A stretch of DNA of 47,875 nucleotides from Macrostomum lignano (GCA_002269645.1 NIVC01004385.1:1-47875), one strand, 5' to 3'. Positions 1 to 11,485 are shown, counted from the stretch's first letter. The notes: generated by a model from the sequence alone, not told the origin. Translations and numbers: made by a program.

Positions 1-971
1 TGCCCATGGTGTCAAATGAAAGGAAATTTTGTCACAAAGAAAACAAATTTAAAATCATAATGATATCTTTTTTTATTCAGGAGCTGCAGCAAGAAATGTG
101 AACAAAGGTCAGGGGTAATATTATACAACCTCATATATCAATGAAAATAATTTTTCATCTCTATTTTTAGATATTTTAATTTTGAATTTGTGCTACTGAT
201 TTGTCAGAAAAACATGGTAGTGTCTATAGAAAAAAGCAGAAATGCTCATAAAGCTAATCTGAGTTTTTGTGCAAGTGCAGATAATTCGTACCTAGCGCTT
301 GCTTTCAACTTGAAATTTCTTTACAAAATTGAGTTTTCTTTAGAGCCTTGAAAGTCAGTGAAGTCAAGTTTTTGCCTTTTGGTCAGTAGGATAGAGTGAA
401 ACCAAGATTTCCGACCACTTATTCTCTATCCATGGTAAGAATAGCCTGAAAAAACTGCCTTTATTGATTAAATGAATGCTTTGCCTTTAGAGATAGCCAG
501 TCTGCTATGAATGATCAGCCATGCTCTAGCTGTCCTTGCACATCAGGTGGCAAGACATCCCATCAACAGATTGAAACGGTTTTTGCCCAGGCCATTGATG
601 GCATGCTTTCAAGGTGGCAAAGGTGTGTCCAGCTGAATGGGGATTATATAGAGAAGCTGCAGGTTGAGCTTGATGATTCACTTTGAATTTTGAATTGGTG
701 CATGCCCTAAGGATTCATCAATGGTATAAACTGTTTTGTGTTTTATTATTTAAAATCATTGCCATAGATTTTTGGGATTGTGTAACATTACCCCTGATCT
801 TTGCGCAAGTTTCTTGCTGCAGCTCCTGAAGAAAAAAAGTTATCAACTTGATTTTAACTTTGTTTTCTTTATGACAAAATTTCCTTTCATTTGACACCAT
901 GGGCGTAAATTTCATGGCTCCATTGAAGAGCTACATTAGAAATTTTGGTAACTTTTGGGACACCCTTCGTA
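1..971 (+). mobile_element. Internally deleted mariner-type DNA transposon with long terminal inverted repeats; left end lies outside the window
   Basis: Bases 1-~150 are an imperfect inverted copy of ~755-905. The right TIR continues to a mariner-like terminus (rc CGAAGGGTGTCCCAAAAG) followed by TA. The interior encodes decayed HTH residues (TKISDHLFSIHGKNSLKKTAFY*...NDQPCSSCPCTS) joined directly to the mariner C-terminus (AIDGMLSRWQRCVQLNGDYIE). The catalytic domain is missing. Confidence 0.8.
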
Positions 972-1129
972 TATGGCTATATTGGTCCAGCACTTTATAG
1001 TTTCATATATCAAGAGTATAGAACAAAAAAAATTCAAGAAAGGTATATACAACAATGAATTTTTGCCAAAAGGCATGCATGCTATGCATATTGTTGAACT
1101 TGAATGTAACAGTTTTAACACTACATCAA

Positions 1130-1260
1130 TATCTTCTATAAATATACTAAATCTCTAAGGTTTGTATGCTTGCTTGTCTATAACACTAGAGACTGCAATT
1201 CTTGACTAATTTTGATTGCATTTATGCCAAAAGATTCAAAATCGCCTGGAAAGAAGACAG
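1130..1260 (+). mobile_element. Possible 5' end of a non-autonomous Helitron-like repeat; second copy near 26510
   Basis: A 32-bp exact match AATATACTAAATCTCTAAGGTTTGTATGCTTG occurs at 1141-1172 and 26519-26550. The TC-TATA-AAG-TTTGT layout resembles Lep1-type Helitron heads. No 3' hairpin/CTAG end was confirmed. Confidence 0.35.
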
Positions 1261-1483
1261 TTGAATCAATTTACTAATTTTCCTTTAAGGCCATAAAATT
1301 AAAGAAGTTTTGTACATATATGTGCATTTTATTTTTTACCTTCTTAGAATGCATTATTTGTTTTTGAGATGAATTTCACCCTAGAAGGCATAGTATAGGC
1401 CTAGAGTATTGTGTTTTTTGTTGTCTTTTTTGGTTTTGGTTAAGTATAGTAGAGTATTGGGCTTGGTCTACAATAAGAAAAGC

Positions 1484-1555
1484 AGTTATATAGCTTAATT
1501 GTTAGAACATAAAACTCATGACTTGAAGGTTGGAGGTTCAATTCCCAATCCTGTA
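1484..1555 (+). pseudogene. Degenerate tRNA-like sequence (CAT anticodon-like loop); tRNA relic or SINE head
   Basis: A-box-like TAGCTTAATTG at 1491, CTCATGA loop and B-box GGTTCAATTCC are correctly spaced, but the acceptor and T stems do not pair. Confidence 0.45.
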
Positions 1556-2239
1556 AGAATCAATTTGTAACATAATATTTTGCATGATCCTTATTATAGC
1601 TACAGGAGAAGCCTAGGCCCTATTAAAAACTGAATTAGAAATATTTAACTTGGTTTTTTAGGAAAGGGCTAAAGAATAGTAAATAATGCTTATCTATTAA
1701 ATGTCTTTTTAATATATTAAGTATACTGTTGTTAAATTACATTGTTATATTAGGCCTATAGATTTTCCAAATCAAATTTTTCTATAATATCAAAATACTT
1801 GGGATACTATGATTAGGCTTCTAAGATTTTAGGATCAAGAATTAAGATCCAATCTACCTCTTGGTAAAATTCATTGCCATATATTTTCTTAAAGAGTAAG
1901 AAGCAAAGTTTAACAAGATTTTGCAAAATCTTAATGATTCCTAGAACTAATAAAGTCAATTTGTTAAAGTTATCAAAATAAAATGAAAAAATCAACCTCA
2001 AAAACAATTTATGCATAATATATTATTAATTTTTTCTTAGAGCCACTTGTATTTAATATTAAACAAGAAAAACTTTCTTGTCTTTCAAATTGTTTTTAAA
2101 TAGCATATTCTTAGGATAGATAAATATATTCTGAAAAATTACTTATATATAGATTATATAGATTATATAGTTTTCTAGAATATATACTTCATTACTTCAT
2201 TGCATTGCACTTGAGGAATATATTTATATGGTTTGAATA

Positions 2240-2260
2240 TCTCTACCTATAAAAATCAAA

Positions 2261-2333
<73 letters not shown>

Positions 2334-2420
2334 AAATTACTTCGCTATGGACTCCCAAACCGCTCTACCAAAAACGATTTTTAGAAACCTTGTTATTGAA
2401 CACAAAAGCACTGTCTAAAT
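2240..2420 (+). mobile_element. Helitron/Lep1-like non-autonomous element head containing a (TG)n microsatellite (2265-2331)
   Basis: TCTCTACCTATAAAAATCAAAC-(TG)n-...TTCGCTATGGACTCCCAAACCGCT has the layout typical of such elements. The microsatellite is seen directly; the element class is inference. Confidence 0.4.
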
Positions 2421-2566
2421 TTCTAAAGACAGGCATGCAAAGATAGGTACCAAGATAGACACAGAAAGACAGACACCAATGTAATTAATTGGCTGTTGCG
2501 TTCAAGTTGCCTGTTTAATAAAATATACAATTTTAGCATTTATGTTTCTGTAAAACTTTGCTCCAG

Positions 2567-5500
2567 GCTCAAAACTGGTTTCGCAGTCAAACTGCCAAGC
2601 TGGCTGGCAAAGACAGCAGTCAGCAGGAGCAGAAACAGCAGAAGATCTACAGTCTGCAGGGTGTTGAAGTGCCATTTCCTTACAGCGCGTATCCTTCGCA
2701 ACTAAGCATGATGAGCCGGGTTGTGCAGAGCTGCTTAGCCAGCCAATGCTGTTTAGTTGAATCCCCAACTGGCAGTGGCAAAAGCCTGTCACTTCTCTGC
2801 GCCAGTCTGGCTTGGTTGCGCCATTTTAAAGATAAAAATAGTCCGGTAAGATCTTAATCAAGGTGCACAGACTCGCTCACTCACAGAAGCCTTGCTCACC
2901 CAATGACAAAAACTAAGACAGGCAAAAATACAGACACCCAAATGACACAAACACCAACGACCGAGACCCAAAGACAGAGAGGAATACTAAGACAGGCACC
3001 CAAAAGACAGACACCCAAAGCCAGACATCCAAGAGACAGACACCCAAAAACAGACGCCTAATGGAGTGGCGTGCCCTCGCGGTTAAGCTACTGGTTTATT
3101 CTGTTTTCTATTATTACTTCTATTATCATGTACTCTAATTCGGTAGGTTGTTGCCACCAGACTAATGTCTCTTATAATAATAGTTTTAAATTAAAATAAG
3201 TGAGACAAGAGTCGATTTCATGTAAGATTATTGGAACAAACAAACAAAATGATATTATTGAACCAAAATATGCAAAAGATTAAGCACTGTTATTTCCTAA
3301 GTTAATAGAACCGGTAGACTCCTGGTTCCCTTAGTTAGACCAACTGGTAGACTCCTTTTAGTCTTTCCCTATTTTATCTAATTGACTATATTAACTTTCC
3401 TATTCTCGGTAGACTCCGTTTTAACTAAGTGGTAGACTCCTCTTAGCCTCCCTATTTTACCCCTGGAATTTATCCTTGACTTACCCTTAGTTCTTTTAAC
3501 TTCTTTCTTTTAATTTGCTTTTGGAAGGGGAGACTCCCTTATATTCAGTTTTATGCTTTGAGACTTAGTCTCTGAAATGATGTCCTGATGGACGGTCCTG
3601 AACAGGATGCTTTTCCCGAGGCCAAACAGCCTTTTACTAATAGAGGAACCCGCTAAGACTCGAATTCCCATAACTTCAGATATTTTCCCGAAGGCGAACT
3701 ACTAATAGTAGCGTAAAAGCAAAACTGCTTATTCTAAATTTCATGCTACTAAAATAATTCCTCTCGACGAAAGAGAACTAACTGGCAAACGCCTTAGCAA
3801 AACTGCCTTGAACTAAACCCCCTACTACACCTAAAGACAAAGAGAGATACTAAAACAGACACCTGAAAGACAGACACCCAAAGACAGACACCCAAAGACA
3901 GACACCTAAAAAACAGACGCCTAAAAACAGACTCAAAGACAGACACCCAAAAGACAAATAAAAAAACAGACGCCTAACGACAAGGAGGGATACTAAGACA
4001 GACACCTAAAGACAGACATCCAAAGACAGACAGTCAAAACAGGCACTGTAAGCGAAGACTCAAGGGCACACTTTTCAATAATCAACTTTCAACAAAGCCT
4101 ATTAATTAATAACACTTAACTAAAATCAGTCTCAGGGCAATAACGATGAGGAACCGAACACGAAAGTCGATTATGAAGATGCTCAAGATCAGACTTCGAT
4201 AGACAAACAGACTGCAGCAGCATCAATTCACAACAAAAATTGCTGCTCAGATTGTCGCAGCCATCCTGCGGTACAGGCGGGTCAACAGCAGGAGCGGCAG
4301 CCAGACGAAGCTTCAATGGCCAAGTGCAACGGCTGCGTGTGTCACCAGGCTGCTCTGCTAGACGCACTGGAGTCCGACTGGCAGCAGCAGGCGGCGAACA
4401 AAGTGAAGTGCGTAATCCAATTTTGCTTGGGGCTTTGTCACGTGATTCACGCCTGTACGGGCCAACCCTCTAGGCGTTGAGGTGTACATGCCTGACAATC
4501 GCTGATCCACTGACCCACAGGAGGGTCAGAGTTAGTCGTGTATATCTGTCTGACTCACAGAAGGGTCAGAGTTAGTCGTATAGATCCGTCTGACCCACTG
4601 TTCATTTTACTATTCTAAAAAAAGTTTTTACTTTTAATTTTGTTTTTTACTTCGCAGAATTCCAAAGATATTTTTCGGCTCCAGGACGCACAAGCAGATT
4701 GCGCAATTGGTTCGAGAATTGAGGAAGACCGCCTTTGCGGATGTTAAGTGAGTTTTGTAGGCTTCATTTTTTGTTAGTGCAGAAATGCAATTATAAATGG
4801 GTGAATTTTCTTAATACTCTACTTACAGTAGAAATATTGGTATACTGCAGGCACAAAGTTAATAATAATGAACTTTTATTAAGTATTCTACTTATTAGTA
4901 GAAATGTAGGAAAATAACTTTTTAAAGGTAACAGCAATGTATTATATAGTCTACTACTAGTAAAACTGCTAGTTTTTTCATAGGAAATTTTAATTAGTCA
5001 CCATCTAAAACTCGTCACTCAGCATGACGGTGCTTTCAAGTCGCGAGCACAGCTGCATACATCCAAAAGTCATTGGCAATCGCGGTCGCAGCAAAGCCGA
5101 ACATTGCAAAGAGCTGCTCAAAGAGTCCTCGTGTGCCTATTATACTCGCAAGACTAGCGCCGATACTCAACAAAAAGTGCGACAAAATTATGGACTCAGA
5201 CCTGCCTGGGATATTGAGGATCTTGTTACGGTGAGCTCAATTAACTTGTGCTTGCTTTTCAAGTCTTAATCCACCCATTTTCTCTGTATGTCTTCCATGT
5301 TTGTCTGCCAACCTCTCTCGGTGTGTCTGTCATGTTTGTCTGCCAGCCTTTCAGTGTGTCTGTCATGTTTGTCTGCCAGCCTTCTTCGTGTCTGTCGTGT
5401 TTGTCTGTGTCGTTTTACTTTAAACAAACAGTTCTCTCATCATCAACTGCAGGCCCTCACCGCCCGCAAGGACAGAAGCCCGTGTCCTTACTACGTGGCC

Positions 5501-6037
5501 AGGGCGCTAATGGATGAAGCTGACCTTATCTTCTGTCCCTACAATTACCTGATTGATCCTACTATTAGGAAGAATGTGAGTTATCTTTACGTGTCTGATA
5601 ATTGTCATGCATTGGGACTTAAAAATAAAAAAATGAATATATGAATTTCTCCGACCCTATCAGATGAGCATCAGCGTAAAAAATCACATTGTAATCTTGG
5701 ACGAGGCGCACAATATCGAAGACGCCTGCAGGGACAGCGCTTCTATAACTATCACTGAGGAGCAGCTGGTGCACGCCAAGAAGAACCTGGACGATATTTG
5801 TAAGATTTATCATCTGAAAACTTGCTTCCGGGAGAGGTTTTCAGATGTTAAGTTTATAGCTTATTTAGCTTGCTAGTTAGTTGGTTGGCTAGTTAGTTAG
5901 TTAGTCAGTTAGTTAGTTAGTTAGTTAGTTAGTTATTGATAGTTAGTTGGTTAGTTAGTTAGTTAGTTAGTTAGTTAATTAGTTAGTTGGTTAGTTGATT
6001 AATTTGTTAGTCAGTTAGTTAGTCAGTTAGTTAGTTG

Positions 6038-6073
<36 letters not shown>

Positions 6074-9000
6074 ATTAGTTAGTTGGTTAGTTGATTAATT
6101 AGGTAGTTAGGTAGTTAGTTAATTAGCTAGTGAGTTAGGTACTCGTAGTTAGCTAGCTGGCATTCTCATCGCCCCAAGCAAGTCCTGAGCCGCATCAGCG
6201 AACTCAATCAGCCGCAATCCCGCAGGCAGAGACGCGGAGCTCTACTCGCACGCGGCTCCCCTATTAGACACGGTCGAGAAGCTGCTCAACGTGATGCAGA
6301 CATCGGCCAGTAAGCTTCGGGCAATCGGTTTCAACCAGATGGAGCACGTCTGGGACGCCCAGGAGATGCTGGGACTGCTGCGCTACGCTGGAATCCAGCT
6401 GACCGAAGGCTCCCACGTTGCGCTGACGCAACACCTTGGCGCTGTTGTCCAGACTATCGAGGAGCGGACAGCTGCGCAGCGCGGAAATCCTGACGGCTCT
6501 GACGGTGACATCAACTGGACTGCAGTGCGCAGAAAAGGCGGCAACAAGTCCGGCTCTGCTAGAGGCAGCTCGGCCGCCCATGTCACCTTGGATCCGATCA
6601 CTGTGCAAGCATTGGAAGCCTTTCTATTGGTTTGCCACTTTCTGACCAGGGACAACTGCAAGTTTGCCAACGATTATCGCGTGGCTCTGCAGAAGGTGAG
6701 CGACCATTTTCTTTTGTTGTTCATCAGATACAAATTCAGTCTAAAGAGTGTCTCACACCTCAAGGGATTGTCACCTTTTTTTAGGGAGTATCACCCAAAT
6801 CTAAGGAGATTCACACTTCTATGGAGTGTCTCACACACCTCTAGGGACTGCCTCACACCTCTAGGGAGTGCCTCACACCTCTAGGGAGTGTCCCACACCT
6901 CTAGGGAGTGTCCCACACCTCTAAGGAGTGTCTCACATCTCTATGGAGTGTCTCACATCTCTATGGAGTGTCTTACGTCACACCTCTAGGGAGTGTCTCA
7001 CATCTCTATGGAGTGTCTCACATCTCTATGGAGTGTCTTACGTCACACCTCTAGGGAGTGTCTCACATCTCTATGGAGTGTCTCACGTCACACCTCTAGG
7101 GAGTGTCTCACACCTCTAGGGAGTGTCTCACACCTCTAGGGAGTGTCTCACACCTCTAGGGAGTGTCTCACACCTCTAGGGAGTGTCTCACATCTCTATG
7201 GAGTGTCTCACATCTCTATGGAGTGTCTTACGTCACACCTCTAGGGAGTGTCTCACATCTCTATGGAGTGTTTCACGTCACACCTCTAGGGAGTGTCTCA
7301 CATCTCTATGGAGTGTCTCACGTCACACCTCTAGGGAGTGTCTCACATCTCCATGGAGTGTCTCACGTCACACCTCTATGGAGTGTCTCATACCTCCTAA
7401 ATAGGCAGCGTCAGCCACATAGAAGCTATCGCCATACAATGTAAGGCTTTAAGATTCAGAGTAGCACTTTCTCACACAATCTCTGGCAGGTGAAGGCGGT
7501 GCTTCACCCTCTCAACCAGACCGGCTGGCTCTCCAAGCGTCAGAACCAGCAGGACAACCCTGAGCAGACTCTGAGCATGAGCTTCTGGTGCCTGAATCCC
7601 GCCGTTGCTTTTGCCGACCTCGGCTCTGCTGCTCGTTGCGTCATTCTCACTAGCGGCACTCTGAGTCCAATGGCCAGCTTCCAAAGCGAATTAGGCCAAG
7701 CGTTCCCCCTGCAATTGGAAGCTAATCACGTGATCAAGCCGGACCAGCTACTAGTCTGTTCCGTTGCTAACGGGCCAACAGGTAGATCTTTGTGCGCTAA
7801 TTATCAAAATTCGGAACGATTCGAATTTCAAGACGAACTCGGCCTGCTGTTGGCCAGCGTGTGCGAGACTGTGCCCCATGGCGTGCTCTGTTTTATGCCG
7901 TCCTACACGTTCTTGGAGAAGATGCGAACTCGCTGGGCCAACACTGGACTGTTGGAGCGGCTGGAGCGTCGGAAAGAGCTAGTAGTTGAGCCGCGCGGAT
8001 CCAATGCCGAATTTGAAGAAGCTATGCGAACTTTTATAGCCAGAATTGAGGCATCCAAGGCGCAAGGTTTGTTTGGTTTGGTTTCTTGTTTTGCAGTGGT
8101 TCTTAGGCTTGAAACTTCATATTCAAGTCCCACTCCGTCTCAGCATCCAATCAGACTCAGTCAAGCCCCACCCCGTCCCAGCAGCCGATCAGATTCAGCC
8201 AAACTCCACCCCGTTTCAGCAGCCAATCAAATTCAGTCATGCCCCGCCCCTACCTTAGCAGCAAATCTGATTCACGCAAGTCTCACCTCTACCTCAGCAG
8301 CCAAGCCCACCCCACCTCCGCAGCCAATAAGATTCACCCAAGCCCCACCCCATCTCAGCAGCCAATAAGATTCAGGCAAGTCCCACCTCTACCTCAGCAG
8401 CCAAGCCCACCCCACCTCCGCAGTCAATAAGATTCAGCCAAGCCCCACCCCCACCTCAGCAGCCAAGCCCACCCCACCTCCGCAGCCAATAAGATTCACC
8501 CAAGCCCCACCCCATCTCAGCAGCCAAGCCCACCCCACCTCCGCAGCCAATAAAATTCACCCAAGCCCCGCCCCATCTCAGCAGCCAATAAGATTCAGGC
8601 AAGTTCCACCTCTACCTCAGCTGCCAAGCCCACCCCACCTCTGCAGCCAATCAGATTCAGTCACGCTTCACCCCACCTCAGAAGCCAATAAGATTCAGCC
8701 AACAGTCGCCCCTAGAAGCATATGAAAGTAAAACCCAACAGCCAGTCAGAAAGAATCAAATCTACCCTATTTCAGCCGCAGCCAATCAGCAACAAGGGGA
8801 CGGCTGTACCGGGGCTCTATTATTAGCCGTCTGCCGCGGCAAGATGAGCGAAGGCATCGACTTCTCTGACGAACAGTGCCGCGCCTGCGTCACCGTTGGC
8901 ATCCCGTTTCCCAACGTTCGCGACACGCTGGTCTCTCTGAAGCGCCGCTACAATGATCAGCATGCGAAAGAGCGAACACTGCTAGACGGTGGGCAGTGGT

Positions 9001-11485
9001 ACGAGACTCAGGCGTTTCGCGCATTGAACCAAGCCCTGGGCAGGTGTATACGGCACAGGCACGACTGGGGCGCCCTGCTGCTTGTTGATGAACGATTCGC
9101 CCAGCGTTCTGGCCGGTATTTGGCCGGCCTGTCCCGGTGGGTTCGCAACAGGGCTACTGCTTGCGATAGTTTTCAGGTGATTGAGTTACTTTCAATTTGC
9201 TATTTAAATAGCCACACTTCCTTAAAATCCGGAAACCGGAAGTCGTTCAACCTCCTTTTAATCCGTGAACCGGAATTAGCTCAACTTGTTGTAAATCCGT
9301 GAACCGGAAGTAGCTCAACTTCTTGTAAATCCGTAGACCGGAAGTAGCTCAACTTGTTGTAAATCCGTGAACCGGAAGTAGCTCAACTTCTTGTAAATCC
9401 GTAGACCGGAAGTAGCTCAACTTCTTGTAAATCCGTAGACCGGAAGTAGCTCAACTTCTTGTAAATCCGTAGACCGGAAGTAGCTCGACTTCTTGTAAAT
9501 CCGTAGACCGGAAGTAGCTCGACTTCTTGTAAATCCGTACACCGGAAGTAGCTCGACTTCTTGTAAATCCGTAGACCGGAAGTAGCTCGACTTCTTGTAA
9601 ATCCGTAGACCGGAAGTAGCTCGACTTCTTGTAAATCCGTACACCGGAAGTAGCTCGACTTCTTGTAAATCCGTAGACCGGAAGTAGCTCGACTTCTTGT
9701 AAATCCGTACACCGGAAGTAGCTCGACTTCTTGTAAATCCGTACACCGGAAGTAGCTCGACTTCTTGTAAATCCGTACACCGGAAGTAGCTCGACTTCCT
9801 GTAAACCCGTAGACCGGAAGTAGCTGAACTTCCTTTTAATTCGTAGACCGGAAGTAACTAAACTTCTTGTGATTTTTTAGACCGAAAGTAGCTAATCTTC
9901 CTGTAATGTCGAAGACCAAAAGTAAATTTCTAAGCTACTAGTGTAACACAAAGAAACCGGAAGTTGAAAAACATGTTACAGTACGTACATGTACTAGCAG
10001 AATACATACTTTATATTCTAAACCTAACGCCAACGCAAACGCTCTCCATTCGCCAGGACGTCAAGTCCCGACTCGCTCAGTTTGTAACAGCCAGAACAGC
10101 CGCCGCGGCCGCTGCTTCTATCGAAGCGCCAGCAGTAGGGGCAGCTGCAGCAGCAACAGCTTCTAGTTCCGGTTTAGACTCGCCAAGGTCTGCCCCAGCA
10201 ACTCCGCTGCCATCGTCTCCAGCTCCACTGGACTCAGCCGGCACGCCTAGCGGCAAGCGTCGCTTGTTCGGGCTAAAATCGTCCGTGTCGGCCAGTCCGC
10301 TGGTTATTGAGCAAATTAATCTTATCAGCGATGATGATGCTGTAACAGACGATGATGATGCTGGCTCTGATAATCAGACTGACGATTGTCATCCACTTGA
10401 GGGCGATTCTAAACGTCCGAAGCTCGAATCGGCAGATGACAATATTGGTAGTAGCAACAACAGCAGTGGCGCTTGTCTAAGACACTGCTTCGCCTGCGGC
10501 AAACAAGGAGTGTACATTGGCAACGGGCAGCTGATCGCGGATGAGGATAACAATGATCCTCGTTTGGAAAATTCGAAGATGCCTGCTTACTGTGCTCGAC
10601 TCCTGTCGGCGGCTGTTATTGAGGGTGAGCTGCTTTTTAGCAATATGATGTAGGAACCAAAATACTGCATAGCAACATCCTAGTATCTAGTAGCCTAGCA
10701 ACCGCGTAGCAACGGTCTAAAAACTGCATAGCAACCACGTAGCAACAGCCTAGAAACCACGTGCAACAGCCTAGAAACCACATAGCAACAGTCTAAAAAC
10801 CACATAGCAACAGCCTAGAAACTTATAGCAAGCACATAGCACTGTTTAGAAACAACAGCAACACAGAAACAGTCTAAAAAGCACATAGCAACAACCTAGA
10901 AACCACGTAGCAACAGTCTAGAAACCACACAGCAACCACATAGCGACTGTCTAGAAACCAAATAGCAACCACATAGCAACAGCCTAGAAACCACATAGCA
11001 ACAGCCTAGAAACCACGTAGCAACAGTCTAGAAACCACACAGCAACCACATAGCGACTGTCAAGGAACCGAATAACAACCACATAGCAACAGTCTAAAAA
11101 CCACATAGCAAAGCCTAGAAACAACGTAGCAACAGTCTCGAAACCAAATAGCAACCACGTAGCAACAGCCTTAGAAACCACGTTGCAAGGAAGTTTCTCC
11201 TCTGATTCCCATTCCCTAGACAGTCGCCAGTCCGAGGCCGGCACGCGGCTCCGCAGCTATCACTGTCGTTACTCGCCCGACCAGTTGGAGCCGTTGCTGT
11301 CTATGGCCGAGACCGCTGCCTCCGCCCCGCCATTGAATTGTTTCCTATCCGAGGCCGACGGTCCCGGAGTTTTTGTTGCCTGGCTGCGCTGCAAGCTTTG
11401 CGGCGTAGCCGCCGGCTCAGTGCAGTTGGCGCCAAAATTAGACAGCGATAGCGCCTGCTTAGTGTACCTGCTGGAGCGCAGGTGA
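2567..11485 (+). CDS. BRIP1: Fanconi anemia group J (BRIP1/FANCJ/DOG-1) DEAH-box Fe-S helicase, about 1130 aa. Exons: 2567-2845, 4130-4407, 4658-4747, 5023-5230, 5453-5575, 5664-5799, 6226-6695, 7490-8066, 8776-9176, 10057-10624, 11220-11485
   Basis: Motifs seen: Q motif FPYSAYPSQ; Walker [15 protein letters not shown]; FANCJ-type [18 protein letters not shown]; four Fe-S Cys (CIHP, HCKELL, SCAYY, PCPYY); DEAH; ILTSGTLSP; [11 protein letters not shown]; [27 protein letters not shown]. All introns are GT-AG with matching phases; exon lengths sum to 3396 nt = 1132 codons. The start codon was not found. Confidence 0.95.
2880..4050. repeat. Degenerate GACAGACACCCAAA minisatellite in FANCJ intron 1, split by a ~770-bp non-repetitive insertion (~3061-3830)
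   Basis: Units are visible at 2925-3060 and 3835-4045. Confidence 0.75.
5872..6150. repeat. (TTAG)n microsatellite in FANCJ intron 6
   Basis: Direct reading. Confidence 0.95.
6745..7400. repeat. ~20-bp minisatellite (CTAGGGAGTGTCTCACACCT and variants) in FANCJ intron 7
   Basis: Direct reading; it explains the repetitive ORFs at 6928-7444. Confidence 0.95.
8105..8700. repeat. Composite 23/38-bp C-rich minisatellite in FANCJ intron 8
   Basis: Units CAGCCAAGCCCACCCCACCTCCG and CAGCCAATAAGATTCACCCAAGCCCCACCCCATCTCAG alternate. Confidence 0.9.
9235..9900. repeat. 34-bp minisatellite in FANCJ intron 9
   Basis: Unit ACCGGAAGTAGCTCGACTTCTTGTAAATCCGTAG, with an exact 34-bp period from 9303 to 9847. 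Confidence 0.97.
10665..11182. repeat. ~22-bp minisatellite (AGCAACAGCCTAGAAACCACAT) in FANCJ intron 10
   Basis: Direct reading. Confidence 0.9.

Noticed and set aside
1484-1555. Functional tRNA-Met gene
   Set aside because: The acceptor and T stems do not base-pair; kept only as a relic.
4130-4407. Cys clusters (CCSDC, CNGCVCH) in FANCJ exon 2 as a novel domain
   Set aside because: Human BRIP1 has a comparable Cys-rich patch in the variable insertion after Walker A, so it is not clearly new.
5872-6150. Interstitial telomeric repeat
   Set aside because: The unit is TTAG, not TTAGG or TTAGGG.
2567-11485. RTEL1/XPD/DDX11 identity for the helicase
   Set aside because: RTHKQIAQ and [12 protein letters not shown] are FANCJ-type rather than RTEL1-, XPD- or DDX11-type.
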